A stretch of 64,000 nt of DNA from an uncultured virus (IMG/VR IMGVR_UViG_3300011815_000001) (Duplodnaviria > Heunggongvirae > Uroviricota > Caudoviricetes), in IMG/VR virus record IMGVR_UViG_3300011815_000001. One strand, written 5' to 3'. Positions 11,345 to 25,006 of this stretch are shown here, piece by piece. The stretch's first letter is position 1. The number at the start of each line of letters is the position of its first letter. The notes beneath the pieces are model-generated. The model made no database searches. It was not told the origin of the DNA and saw only the letters and a list, made by a program, of their open reading frames with translations. The position numbers and the translations under genes were made by a program.

Positions 11345-14300
11345 AATTACGGATTTATTAGGAAGGGACGGATATAGGTGATTGAGATTTTTAAAATAAG
11401 TCCTATGGATAGGGTAGGTACTACATCAGAATTAAAAAGTGTAGCCGAAAATGGACTAGGTGTTAAATTTGAACAAGGTAATATTAAGAATTTTGCTTTA
11501 TATAGCGATGAAGTAATTATTGATATTCACAATGATACTTTTGAAATGTTTAAATTAATTAATAAAGACGATGCTTCACTGTTAGTTGAAGCTAAAGATA
11601 AGATTGTGGATGCACTGGTAAATGAATTTAATGCTCGTTCAATCTGTTTAATTACTAAACTCCACGATGGTTTTCAAAAGTATGAATTCATTGAGTGTAA
11701 AAATTATGATCCACCTAAAAAGACTTGGTTAGACAAGATTTATGATTTTATCAATGGAATAAGTTCTTAATAAAACTAGTATTTGAAAGAAAATAAATGG
11801 AGGTAAATGATGATTAACTTCGGAGACAAAGTAAGGGTTATTAAAGTGAAAAGTGAAAAAGCAATGAATTTGTGGGGAGGTTTTGATGATATTAGCTGGT
11901 TAGTTGGGTTGGAAGCTACTGTAAAAAGTATATATGATAAAGACACTCCAAGTGAGATGTATGGACTAGAGTTTGAGCATTGGGGAGCACAAGTTACACG
12001 GGATCGAACGGGATACGTTTTTGATAAAGAGGAGATTGAGTTACTGTTAGCTTTTAACGGAGGTGAAGCGGAGGAGTTATGCGAAAATACAAACATTTAA
12101 AAGAACATGAAGTGAATTATTACAAGTCACTATCAAAGAGTGGTATTAAAAATGAACGTGACACTTTAATTAAATCTATGTATCACAACAATATTCCGAT
12201 GAATCAGATTAAATTGGATGAGCCTTTCCACGTATCAAACGGTGATTGGGATGGTGTGATTTATAAAGAGTTGGATAGGTACTATATGAACATTTTTGTT
12301 GAGCTAAAAGGAGACAGTTGGATTGATAAAAAGGATATTACAGAACAGTATTTAAATGGAATCCTAAGTAGACTAGATATTAAGTACATAATTGACGAAA
12401 AGAAATACCATGAATTTTATAAAATTTACCACGATAAAACCGCACACTTATACGGAGCAGATGAAAATTGCGAGCATGAAATCGAAGGCGGAGATAATTA
12501 CAGTGGTATCAAATGTATTCATTGTAGAGGTTGGTATTGCGCCTAGTTCAAATCAGCATTTTAATGGAATTTAAAAAAGGAGATATTACATATGGGAATG
12601 TACACAGGTTTACGATTACAGGTGATTGTTAAAGAAGAATACCGAGAGATTATTCGAGCTATGATGGAGGATTCAGAAATAGAGGATTGGCACGATATTT
12701 TAAACCGATATCCTGAGATGGAGTTTATTAGGGACTTTGCTAATGAACAACGCTCGCATATGATCCCTTTTGGAACTTTATCTTATATGCCCGATGAATG
12801 GGAAACAGATTATTGGCATAAAGTCTTTGAAACTGATACTGGCTATTGGCAATTCCAATGTAGCGTAAATTATGGATGGGTTGAGATACGAAAATTTATT
12901 GAAGATGTTGTTCCAGTTATTTCAAATAAAGTCCTTCATGCGGAGTCATATTATGAGGAAGACAGATACGGTAATATGTATGAATTAGTAGATAACAAGA
13001 TGGTTAAAAATGAATCTTTAAAGGTAGATTATAAACCTTGGAAAGATGAGGAATAGGTAATGATTATTTTTGGTTTATTGACTGTGCCTGAACTTAAACG
13101 AGTTTTGAAAAATATTGAAAAAGAACTAATTGAAAGCAATGAATTAATACAAGAATCTTTAGACTACCGAGATAAAGCCAGATTGAAAATGAGATATGAT
13201 GAATTAAGTGACTTGCGCGATGATATAGAAGATTATTTAGGAATCAAATAAAAGCAACAATTGAATGAGAGTAAAAGGGGTGTGATAAATTGACGCTAGT
13301 TATAACAGGTATCCTGTGCTTTATTATTTGGACTACAATATACGTCACAATGTGTTTAGCAGGAGGCTCAAAATTAGATTTTGATACATATGCAACATCA
13401 GTGTTATTTGGTGCTTTTACTACGCTACCATGCTTGGTGATAGCATATGCATTAACGATACAATAAAACAATATTTAAAGTTAAATATTAAATAAATGGA
13501 GGTAATGGTATTTTGGCTACATACTGTGATAAAGAATGTGAAGAAGTAGGTGGACTTTGTGACTTCTGTATTTTCTACAAGGATGAAAACGAAGGAACTA
13601 ACAAAGGATTTGCCGGAGAAGGAGTCTGTACTAAGAAGGGTGTAGATGTAGTGGCTCATGATGGATGTGACGATGACTTCTACTGCTCTATAGCATATGA
13701 AAAATCAGAATCAAAGTAAGATTTTAATGAAAGAGGGAAGCACTATGACATCCACTGAACTTAAAGAGTTAAAGAAATTATTAAACAAATACAAGAAATT
13801 CAAAAGTCGAGGATGGGATAAGGTAGATATTAAACAAGTCTTAGATATGGTTGAGAAAGATATGAAAGATAGTGCACAGCTTATTGAAGGGATTATTAAT
13901 AAACTGGAAAGTGTCTAATCAATATATCATTTAAATAAAAATACTAAATAATAAGGAGTGTAGAAATTGAAACCATATTTTATTAGCTGTTCGATAGATC
14001 AAATTACATACTTAAGAGGTGACTTAGTTATTAATAAACCCCTAAACTCATCATTGTGTTTGTCTGCATATAAAGATAAATTAGCATGGTATCCAGATAA
14101 TAAAGGTTTACCTGCAATAAAATTTTTAATGATGAACGATAAAGAAATTACATGGGCTTACAAATCAGAAGAAATGAGAAATGAAGATTATGAGCTAATT
14201 ATAAAAAACCAATTTCTTAATGTGGATTTATTTAAATGAATTCGTAGAATTACAATATGATGATAAGGAGAATAAACAATGAACGTAATTGGAGTAGATT

Positions 14301-15452
14301 TTGGAACAGGAAAAGACATTGCAATGGTGTCGGTAATTAGGAAAGCAGGAAGTAAGATTGAATTAGTCGATAGTTGCAAGGTTGAGGATTTCGATTACAG
14401 TAAATACGTTGCAAGTAAGCATCAAATTGTAGGATCAAAAGAGGATTTGGAGAAATTCCAAGCGTATATCGGAAAGGAGGATACAAATGAATAATGAACA
14501 GTTCGCATGGGATAGTGAAAATGAATGCTTTTATTATATTAATCATGTAAAGAAAATGTACACAAAGATTTCTAAGACTGAACAAAAAGAGGTGTATGAG
14601 TTCTTGTATTATGTCTACTGTGTAAATTGGAGCATTATTAAGGACTACATCACGAGCTACATTTTTGTAAATACAATGAAAGAAATTAGCGATTATTGAC
14701 ATCAAATAAATCCATCATTTGAAAGGGATTTAGATAAAAATATTAAATAATGAAGGAGAATGAACTATGGCGTTTTGGACAGATGAGTATCCACATAATG
14801 TGTGGATTAATATTTTAACTTTTAAAGGGAAGTTTTTAGATTATAAAATTGGGGAAAGTGAACGAGATTGGCAAACATGGACTATGCGATGGAATGACGA
14901 AATTTTAAACAATAAGGAAGAAATTAAGACAATTAATTTTTATGTGTCGGTGAATAATTCCGATGAACATGAAAATGCGTTCCATAAAGGCGGAGATTTT
15001 GTCAACTACTACATAAACAATTTCGGAAAATACAATTTTGGAGGAATTTAAAGTGAACAGAAAATTGATGGATTATATTAGAATAGAAAGTCTATATTAT
15101 TATGATGATATTAATGACTACTTTGCGGAGATAGACCAATGTAGCGATGAAATAAAAGCAAAACGCTTAAGCGATTTAGTGTTGTTTATTGCTGATGTTG
15201 AAAATCTTAATGAAGAAGAATTTAAAAGAATGTTGATATAAAATTAAATTTTAAGGAGGATTTATAATGAACGTAATTTATAAAGTATATCTAAATGAGC
15301 GAGAGCCTGACTCAAAATTTCCAAAGTTGAAACGTTTCTTTAAACGTGAAGTTGTTGAAAGTGGAATGGAGAATCCTCATTTAGCATTAGTGAAGTGGTT
15401 AGCTAATAATGAGGCTGGTGTTACATATTCGATTGGAGTGGTTAAGTAAATA

Positions 15453-15680
15453 ATGTATCAATTATCTAAAGGTGATTATATCGAATTTTCATATACTAAC
15501 TGGGAAGGGAAGGTTGGTGTACGAGAGGTAATTGTGGAAGGGTTATTATATGGTTCGAATAGCTATCATACAGATGAACAATTCTTACTTGAAGCGTTTG
15601 ATATTGATAAAAAAGAAATGAGAACTTTTGCGATTAAAGACATGACGAACATTTTTGTGTGGAAGGGAGTTAAGAAATAA
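15453..15680 (+). CDS. Small WYL-like domain protein
   Basis: FSYTNWEGKVGVREV...YHTDEQFLLEAFDIDKKEMRTFA. Confidence 0.65.
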   Translation: MYQLSKGDYIEFSYTNWEGKVGVREVIVEGLLYGSNSYHTDEQFLLEAFDIDKKEMRTFAIKDMTNIFVWKGVKK

Positions 15681-17816
15681 ATCCAAATAAAAACTATCTT
15701 TGAATCGAAATTAGAGGAGGAATATAATATGAAAGTGATAATTAAAGAGAAGGAAATAGTAGAAGTAATTCAACAGTATATCAAGGATGAGCATGGAGTA
15801 GACGTGGTAGATTGTAAATTAGTTGTGAAATTAAATGGTACAGAAGTTCAATTCGAAGGAATTGCGATAGGATAGGGAGGATAAATAATGAGTGTATTTA
15901 AAGGGATGTCTATCAATGTAACTTTAAGCGATGAGCAAATGGAGCAGATTGCATGTTTAACAGCAGATAAAGTCAATATAACAAGAACACATTATATGAA
16001 CGAAACACAAGTGTTACAACAAGAGGTGCAAGATTTACGCAGAGAAATTAAGCGTCGAGACGATATACTAATTAGCGATATCTTAGGTGATAACAGCTAC
16101 AAAAAGTATGCAGAAATTGTATTAAAGAAAAATAAAGCTCTTCAGAAAGAATTAGATGAGTTAAGAGAAACTATAGAAAAACAATGATACAATATCACAT
16201 GAGGTGATAGTATGTACAGTAAAAATAAATTATTTAGATCATTAGCTGATGGTGAAATTACACCTGCTACTTTAGTGGATATCATTCTTGGCTTACAGGA
16301 GGAGAATAGTCAATTGCGGAGGGGCATTGACTTAAGAAATAATCCCTATGAAGTGAAAAATATGTGTAATTGTCGAATAGCAATCGTAGACAATGATAAA
16401 TTGATTAAATCATTCGGTGTCAACTTGGCGTCAGTTCCTAATGAAGGCGAGAAAATAATCTTGAACACGGAAAATGGAAGTGTAGCTTTTATCGTGACGG
16501 ATGTGGTTAGGGATATCACTATAAAGAAAAACAAAGTTACAGAAATAAATAATATTTATGTCAAAAGGATTGGAGGAAAGTAAGTGGCGAAATGGGTAAA
16601 AGGAAAACCGAAATCCAAATGGGTCAAACAAGGGAATAATACAAAATAAAGTCTCTTAAGGAGGAGAAGTATACTTGAATCAAAATTTTAATGACATTAC
16701 ATATAAGCTAAAGCAATTAGCGGACGATGTTGAAAATATGCGAAAGAAATATTATGAAGAAAAGCAAAGTCACAACAATACTAAACGCCTGCTGAATTAT
16801 CTTATGAGAGATTTAAGGGAGTATAAAATACCATCGAAATTCTATATGGATATGACATTAATGTTAGATTGCGTAATGATTAAACCTAATGCAACAGAAA
16901 ATGGCGAGTTGGAATTATTTTATTCATTAGATGAATTAGAAGAAAAGATGAAAGAATATAGTAGTTTGAATAGTTATGATTGTATGGTGAGCAAATTAGA
17001 GGTGCTAAAAGAATTATATAGTGAGGAGGAAAAGTAATGGGTATTTTGTATACTGACGGATACACCACTACGGGCGTAGGAAACCATAACAGCAAGAAAA
17101 CGTATAGATATGATTCAGAGGGAAATAAAATTACTGATATTGTAGTGAAATTAACACCTGACTACGATAAGAATTATATACATGTCAATATCTACAAAGA
17201 CGGAGAAGAGCTAGATTTTATTCAATCCTATGGAAAGACTCATGTAAAAGATATAGATTTAGGATTATTAAAAAATAAAATAAAAAAAGGCGTACGATAA
17301 GGAGAGGGTAAACAATGCTAGTAATTGATAAATTTAATGAGGTAGAAGCTTTCGGCAAGGATAAATCAGTAAAGGAAATTTTAAATTTTGTATACAATCA
17401 TCGTATTTATGTATCAGATGTATTAGACGAAAATTTTCCTGAAGATATACTAAAGGCAACTGAGAAATTCCTAGAAACAGATAAAGAATATGATGGTGAT
17501 GAAGAAAAGGCTTGGGAGCGATTCCTAAAAAGCAATATTGAAGAATTACTATAAGTCTCTTTAATAGGAATATTTAAAAGAAAAGAATATTACATAATAA
17601 AAATGGAGTTATAAAATGAAAGAAAACATCATCAGCACAGTAATTGGTTACATAATTTTAGCTATTATATTTTTACCACTGCTGGTCATTAAGGATGCAT
17701 TTTGGATCGGTGTAGTGTTTGTCTTCTTTGTAATTGCAGTTATAGCTTTAGGTCAGATTATTAAGCCATTAGTTAAAAAGTACATAAAGTAATTTTAATA
17801 GGATGTAACTATTCTG

Positions 17817-17845
17817 TTGCATCTTATTAATTTATATTGTATAAT
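17817..17845 (+). promoter_or_regulatory. SigA-type promoter overlapping the ATATTGTATAA motif
   Basis: TTGCAT-17 bp-TATAAT; the same TTTATATTGTATAATAA block occurs at about 2430 and 43675. Confidence 0.65.
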
Positions 17846-17875
17846 AAAGTAAATAAAAGGAATGAGGGATACATA

Positions 17876-18634
17876 ATGAAGATAGATTATATTTCAGATT
17901 TACATATGGACTTTCATGTACGTACAAACAGTAACGAAGAAAAGTATAAGTATAACACACTAAAATTCTTAAGTGAATTGCTTCCTGAAAAGGTTGGCGA
18001 AGTGTTAGTAATTGCAGGTGACTTGTCGCATTATAATCGACAGTCATATTGGATTTTAGAATACTTCTCAGACCTCTATGATAAAGTGTTTTATTGCTTG
18101 GGAAATCATGATTACTACTTAATAAGTGGAGAGCAAGAAAAGAAATATAACCGAAACAGTATGAATCGTGAAATGGAATTGTTCGGAATGGCATCTTCTT
18201 TAAGAAATGTTAGATTCCTGTACGACTTTATGACACATGAATATAATGGTGTTACATTCGCAGGAGATACAAATTGGTATCCTTTAACTGAATTTAAAGA
18301 CAGAAACTTCTTCAATGCCACTTCAAACGATAGTCGTCTAATTAAAAGAATGGATATTGGAAAGCTGAATTACTTCGCTATAGAACAGTACGACAAATTA
18401 AAACCTGTAGATGTATTGGTTACTCATGTACCCACTATTGTAATCGATAGCCATATTAAATATGGTGGCACAAGTTGTTACTTAAATGAACTAGAACCAA
18501 AAGCTAAATATAATATTTTTGGTCATTGTCATGAATCTAATGAATATATAAAGGGTGACTACAAGTTTTACATTAATGCTCTAGGTTATCCAGATGAGTG
18601 TAAAGGGGTAAAAATTAAAAGTTTTGATATTTAG
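17876..18634 (+). CDS. Calcineurin-like metallophosphoesterase
   Basis: ISDLH, AGD, GNHD, THVP and GHCH motifs; start moved to ATG 17876 after the GAGGG RBS. Confidence 0.9.
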   Translation: MKIDYISDLHMDFHVRTNSNEEKYKYNTLKFLSELLPEKVGEVLVIAGDLSHYNRQSYWILEYFSDLYDKVFYCLGNHDYYLISGEQEKKYNRNSMNREMELFGMASSLRNVRFLYDFMTHEYNGVTFAGDTNWYPLTEFKDRNFFNATSNDSRLIKRMDIGKLNYFAIEQYDKLKPVDVLVTHVPTIVIDSHIKYGGTSCYLNELEPKAKYNIFGHCHESNEYIKGDYKFYINALGYPDECKGVKIKSFDI

Positions 18635-20652
18635 AAAAGTTTGTGAATTTAGAATCACGTTTAAGCAAGTGTTTAAAGGCTTTTTAAAATCAATTTCACA
18701 AACTATTTTCCAATCAATTTTAAGTTTTAATGGAATTATAAATAATATTAAATAACAGGAGAATTTTGTATGAAAAACAAGGTCATGGAAGATAAATTTG
18801 AAGTGGAGGAACTTTACAAAATGGAATTCGACAATACTCTTGCTAGTGGTGATTTTGTATTATTTAAAGAAGTAGTTAACGGAGTTACTTCCTATTGGAT
18901 AAACGCATCTGAAACAACTAAGAGTTTGAATTTTTACCGAGATGTAGCTGTGAAGTTTTCAGAAGAAGATTTACATAAATTAACAAACATACTAAATAAA
19001 ATGAAAAACGAAAAGGGGAAATGAAATATGCACTATTCATTAAGCAAGCCATACGATAACTATGAAATTATTATTAATTATAACCATGAGTTCCTTTATG
19101 ACGATGATACTTGGGGATGTGAAGTTTTAAAAACAAGACTTTTCAAGGATGGTGATGCTAGATTATTTATTAAGAAATTTAAGCTTGAGAATGTTAGAGT
19201 GATACCGCTTTACGATGAATCATGGAATTTTGCAGAAAATACATATGATTTCTTAGACGGTAGTGAAAAAGGAGAAAAGATGTATGATGATTTATATGAT
19301 TTGTTCTTCAAGATTAATAATCATTTAATTAAACATGACACTGTATTAATAGAGGAAGATCAAACAGAGTCTCATAAAATTCAATCGCAGAATTTGGATG
19401 ATTTATTTTGATAATATAGTTAGTTAACCAATTTTCCGTGAAACATTGAAAATCATGGTTTTTTAAAGCCTATAAATAAAGGCTTGAATGTAATTTGTTT
19501 CACGGAAAATTCCTATCAATTCGTTCTTTTATCGGAAGTAAAGAGAAGTGGTCAAATAATGGAGAATATCTATATTTTATATTGTAACAATGAACCTGTA
19601 ATAATGTCAGGTAGACATAAACGAATTTACACATCACTTGATAATGCGAAAAATGCTATCCGAGCAATTTCTCAACGTGAAGCAAGACTAGGCATTAAAA
19701 ATTGGGAATGGCTCAAAATGGATAAAAAAGAAAAACATGAATTGGTGAATATAAAAGCCGAAAAGTACTCGATTGGACTTTATCGATATGATGGAAATAT
19801 CGTTTTATAGGAAAAACAAACCTTAAATAAAAGGAGAATAGAAAATGAACCTAAAACCATTAGTAGAGCGTATGAAAGAATCTTTTGAAAACGGTGAGGA
19901 TTTTAATATTAAAGCAGATGATATGGCAGACCTTGAAAATGCAATTACAGCTCTGGAATCATGTAAATATTACGCTAAAAATATTATAAGTCTTGGTTAT
20001 ACAGAGTGTGAGGACGCACTTGCAATTATTGATGAAGTCAATTCTGCATTAAGTGACGAATTGTGTTGATTTATGGTAAGGAGGAAAATAAATTGGAAAC
20101 TATTTTAACATTAACAGATGAAGACAAGAAATTAATTAAACGTAGCTTTAAAGATGGAGGAGTTTATACAGATGGATGCTTTTGTGGTACTGCATTAGGC
20201 AAATTAAGCAATGGGCAATATGTTGGACTAGATTTTTCTTGCCGTAAAAGTATGGCATGTGAAGGCAGTTATTATCAAGTAAATAGTGTATTAATACTGA
20301 AAAAAGGAACAGACATATATTCAAAAGAGCAGTTGGAATTTATTATTGAAGGCATTGAAAATGAAACAATTGATACCGATGTTTATAAGATTGATGGCTA
20401 TTCGATTTATTTGAGCTACGATTTTTATAATGAATCCATTGAGGATATTTACTTAGAAGTACCAGATGTAAAACTTGATCCGAAGTCATTGAAAATGGTT
20501 CAAAAACGATTATTTAAATACTATTTAAATACATATGGGCAGTTTACAGAGGTTAAATTTAAGGATATTAATTCATTTGAGTATAAGGAATAACCAAATA
20601 AAATGTTCGATTGATTTGAAATGAAAAATATTACATAAAGAAAGGTGATTTA

Positions 20653-21468
20653 ATGTTAGAGTTAAACAATATATATGAAATGGATTGCCTTGAAGGGATG
20701 AAGTTGATTCCCGATGAAAGTGTTGACTTAATTATTACCTCACCACCATATGCAGATAGACGCAAGAACACCTACGGTGGAATCCACGAAGATAAGTACG
20801 TTGATTGGTTTAGTCCAATTGCACAAGAAATCAAACGAATACTCAAGCCAACGGGGAGCTTCATCTTAAATATTAAACCTCACTGCAATAATGGTGAACG
20901 GGTATTGTATGTATTTGACTTAGTGTTACACTTAAAAAGAGAAATAGGTTTTAGATACACAGATGAATTTACTTGGACTAAGAATGGAGTAGCAGGAAAG
21001 TTTAAAGGTAGATTTAAAAACGCTTTCGAACCAGTGTACCATTTCACTAAAGAAAAAGACTACACTCATAATCCTTATTCTGTAGCTACTCCAATGAAAG
21101 AAGTTAGCATTAAACGAGCCAAACGAAAAGCTTCAGGTGAAACTCAAAATGGGAGTGGTTTTGCAGGATTAAGAGAAGGACATAAACTAGCAGAAGCAAC
21201 GTTAGCTCTACCGTCCAATCACTTACATATACCACAAAAATCAAACCAACACACAAGTCAATCAAAACATCCTGCTGTGTATCCTTTAGAGTTACCAGAA
21301 TTCTTTATCAAGGCATTTTCAAATGAAGGTGACGTAGTATTTGATCCATTTATGGGGAGCGGAACTACTGCTGTTGCAAGCAAATTACACAATCGAAAGT
21401 ATATTGGATTTGAATTATTAAATGAATACATAAATATTGCGAATGAAAGAATAGAAAAAGTTAAATAA
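20653..21468 (+). CDS. Orphan beta-class N4-C/N6-A DNA methyltransferase
   Basis: TSPPY catalytic motif precedes the DPFMGSGTT SAM-binding motif; no adjacent endonuclease. Confidence 0.9.
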   Translation: MLELNNIYEMDCLEGMKLIPDESVDLIITSPPYADRRKNTYGGIHEDKYVDWFSPIAQEIKRILKPTGSFILNIKPHCNNGERVLYVFDLVLHLKREIGFRYTDEFTWTKNGVAGKFKGRFKNAFEPVYHFTKEKDYTHNPYSVATPMKEVSIKRAKRKASGETQNGSGFAGLREGHKLAEATLALPSNHLHIPQKSNQHTSQSKHPAVYPLELPEFFIKAFSNEGDVVFDPFMGSGTTAVASKLHNRKYIGFELLNEYINIANERIEKVK

Positions 21469-21482
21469 TTGGAGGCGTAATG

Positions 21483-21656
21483 ATGAAATCTGAGAATTTA
21501 TTTTATTGTCCACACTGTCACTTTGGTTATGAAGATATTCAAGACTATGGATTTGAAAACATAGACGAAGAGGGAGAATTTAAAATGGAATGTGAAGGGT
21601 GTATTAAAGAATTTACGGTGAAATATAAAACTGTAATTTATTTTGATACCGAATAA
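21483..21656 (+). CDS. Small CxxC...CxxC zinc-ribbon protein (paralog of 30317-30499)
   Basis: MKSENLFYCPHCHFGYEDIQDYGF...MECEGC; GGAGG RBS; stop codon lies in the site at 21653. Confidence 0.7.
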   Translation: MKSENLFYCPHCHFGYEDIQDYGFENIDEEGEFKMECEGCIKEFTVKYKTVIYFDTE

Positions 21657-21702
21657 AACGTTGATTTGATAAGGAAATATTACATAAAAAGAAGGTGAAT
21701 AA

Positions 21703-21899
21703 GTGCTGTATGTTAGAAAATTAATGGCATATTTACGAGCAAATCAAAATTTAGCGGTAAAAACAGCGAAAGGAACAATCATATTTAACGGAACAAAGAG
21801 GATTTTACAGAAAAATTTTACGATGAGTACTATTGGTACTGTTCAATAGATGAAATTTACACAGTAGAAGCTACGTTATTTATTAAATTAAATCAATAG
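21703..21899 (+). pseudogene. Frameshifted small gene resembling ORF 4006-4206
   Basis: MLYVRKLMAYLRANQ... reads on sensibly only after a frameshift near ggaacaaagag (about 21790-21800) into KEDFTEKFYDEYYWYC...KLNQ*; could be a sequencing error. Confidence 0.4.
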
Positions 21900-24256
21900 G
21901 AGGAATTTAAAATGACAGAATTTAAATCAATCAAAAAGGATTCAGATATTTCACATGCAAGACTTCAAATACATTTCGATTTAGTTTTATACGGGAAAGA
22001 ATATGATGTTTACGAGATTGACGGTTATATGCACACTAAAGGCGGTAAATACGGAGAAAATTGCTTATGGGCGTGTCCTGCTGGAGAAGAGCCATCTTAT
22101 AACAACTTAATTGAATTCAATGGTATTGCTCCAACATGGGGAGTGTTCTTCGAACCAACAAATTACGTTCGCAAAGATGAAATCATGAGTGGTGGAAAGT
22201 GTTGGATAACTCGAAATGGTGAGAAGTTTTATAATGTCGGTGGACGCACAATGGATTACGCATTAGCAAAAGCTCAATATATGTTAGTTAGATTATTCGA
22301 AGAACATCCATTAAGTTTCCATTATCGAGATTGGAAAGAACGAGCTAAAGGCACATCGTTGTATTATAAAGGAAATAAGTATGTGATTACTGGATTTGAT
22401 TCAGATAACGATGTAATCAGTTACCAAGTGTTAGATGACGGTACACTATCTAATCATATGCTCAAATTCGATTTATTATGGGATAAAATTGATTGGTACG
22501 GCGATTATTAATGGGAAAAGTAGAATTAGTATATCATGAGGCAACTGATACATATTGGTCAAACGATTTAAATTGGAAAGAGAGATGGAAGGTGGAGTCT
22601 ATTTCTTACGGAAGTGTTGAAGTCAAAACAGACAGTATCTTTAAGCTAAAAGAAATCATGAATAGAGACGGATATGAATTAGTAAAAGATACTGATGGTA
22701 CTCCATTTAAGAGCAAGTACAGCAAATAATAAATCAAAGGGGTTGCACTATGTTAAAAAACGTTGAAATTGTTTTAGAAAACAGTGAAGTAATTACGATT
22801 CCTGCTGAAGATTTCGAATACCTATCAATTCAGGATGTTAAAGAAAGTTGCTATATACTTAGCTCTCATTTTAGGGTAGATAGAAATTCAAGTGATATTT
22901 ATATGGCAATTAAAGAAAGTGCAAACATTTTAGAGAATTATCCATCAATGACATTTGAAGAGCAAACACAACTTCCTTTTGATCGATTGCTTAATTATGC
23001 TGATATTACTCAGATTCATTTTAAGTTTGAAGATATAAATAAATCATATGCCGTCTATGTAGGTTGGCACGATGAAGATGAGTATTCTAATCGCTATCAA
23101 AAAGGTGAGTTTGAGGACGGTCAGCTCATTATTACTATTAACGAAGAAAATTCACTTTAATTAACTAAAGTGCGTGTTGGTATATCAACGTTCATGAGAG
23201 GTCAAATCCCTATCAAAGTTCTGTTTTAATGGGATTGAATAATATTAAATAAAATTAAAAGGAGAGACACACTATGAAAATTATTAAAGATAGCGATAAA
23301 TGGAATGAAGAAGATGTGAATATGTTTGGAGAAACAGAAAAGGTATTAGATAAACTTTCAGATGGAAGAGTATTTCAAATTCTAGTTCTTGAAGATACTA
23401 ATGAAATTTTTATTGGCGAAATGTGCGACGAGTATTTTGGTAAGCGTTTAACATCTGAAGAACTAAGGGATTTGGCAGTGATCTTTAATGGATTAGCTGA
23501 CTATAAAGATTCAAAGGGGTGATTTGATGCAAGTTTTACATTATGAAGTTGTGAATCTAGGTATGGATAATATAAGTTTAACAGTAGTTATTGTACTATC
23601 AGTATTAGTCGGAGTATGTTTTTATTTGGGAAATAGGAAAGTAGCATCTGTAATTATCCCATTGATTTTAATTGTAATTGCATTAATGAGCAAATATTTA
23701 GTTAATGAGCAATACGAGTACCAGAAAGTAATAGTAGAAGACTGGAATGTTGTACATAGCGAGGGTTGGGAAGTAGATAGTCAAGAAGGTGAAATAACAG
23801 TATTGAAGCGAAAATTGGAGGAGAAATAGTAATGAACCAACTATACAGTATGAGTGAAGATTTAAGATACATATCAAATCGACTAGGGACTATTAAAAGG
23901 AATAATCCAGATTACACTCAATTGGATGATATGTCGATTCTAAAAGCAATTGTATTTAATGAAGCAATACGTCAAGACAATAAATCAAATGATGGCTTCA
24001 ATTTAGCTACACTTGAAGATGGGTACTACTCGGTTAAAGTGGGAGAAACCTATGTCTATTTGAAAGATGATGGAACACTACGCACTACTAAATATAAGGG
24101 CTCTATCGTAAGTAAAAGTAAACTGTTGCGACAAAAATTCGACATCAATATGGCTGTAAATAGTGGCTTATTGAAATTAGAAAAAGCGGAAAATCTCGAT
24201 AAAACTGAATTTTGATTTGAAATTAAAATAAATATTGTATATAAGGAGATGTATAG

Positions 24257-25006
24257 ATGGGGAACAAAGCAGGCGGAAGAGCACTAAAAAATGGAATAAT
24301 GTTTTACAGTGAAAATTATCAAGTTACAACTACTAAACTGAAAAATGGAGATATTAAAATTGAAACTCGTGAATTTGTGAAGTCTAAATTCGACTTAAGT
24401 AAAATCACAGGTATTCCTTTTATTCGACCATACATATTTTTCTTTTCAATGCTAAAAGAGTCTTGGAGAGAAACTCTAAAATTAACATTAAGCGTAATGG
24501 CTGTATTGATTCTATTTCTAATGGTAATGGGCTCTAGTGGAAATACTGAAATTGTAGAACATGGGCATAGTGGGTTATACACAAATTTAATACTACTATT
24601 AGGTATTGGAATTGTTTTTAGATTTAGTAAAGTAGCTAAATATCATGGAGCCGAACATATGGCTATCTCGGCACTTGATAATGATTTAGAAATTTCAAAT
24701 GAAAGTATAGCGCAAGAATCTAGGATCAGCAGATATTGTGGAACTAATTTGGTAGTATTTATGTTTTTGATTAAGTTTCCTTTAGAGTTTCTAGGTGTAA
24801 GTCCTACTTTAAGTTTATTAATTTCAATATCAGTTGGATTTGAATTGTTCTTACTACAAAAAGGATGGATTTATAAATTATTAACTCCAGTATATTTATT
24901 AGGATTTACAATCCAAAAGTATTTATTAACAGCCACACCAAATGAAGAGCAATTAGAGGTTGCACGTATCGGTATCAGCAAGTTGAAAGAGTTAGAAGGA
25001 TATTAA
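24257..25006 (+). CDS. DUF1385 (YqhQ-like) membrane protein
   Basis: GGRALKNGIMF, YHGAEH, RYCGTN and TATPNEEQLEVA motifs. Confidence 0.85.
   Translation: MGNKAGGRALKNGIMFYSENYQVTTTKLKNGDIKIETREFVKSKFDLSKITGIPFIRPYIFFFSMLKESWRETLKLTLSVMAVLILFLMVMGSSGNTEIVEHGHSGLYTNLILLLGIGIVFRFSKVAKYHGAEHMAISALDNDLEISNESIAQESRISRYCGTNLVVFMFLIKFPLEFLGVSPTLSLLISISVGFELFLLQKGWIYKLLTPVYLLGFTIQKYLLTATPNEEQLEVARIGISKLKELEGY

Noticed and set aside
20653..21468. Complete restriction-modification system
   Set aside because: No cognate endonuclease adjacent
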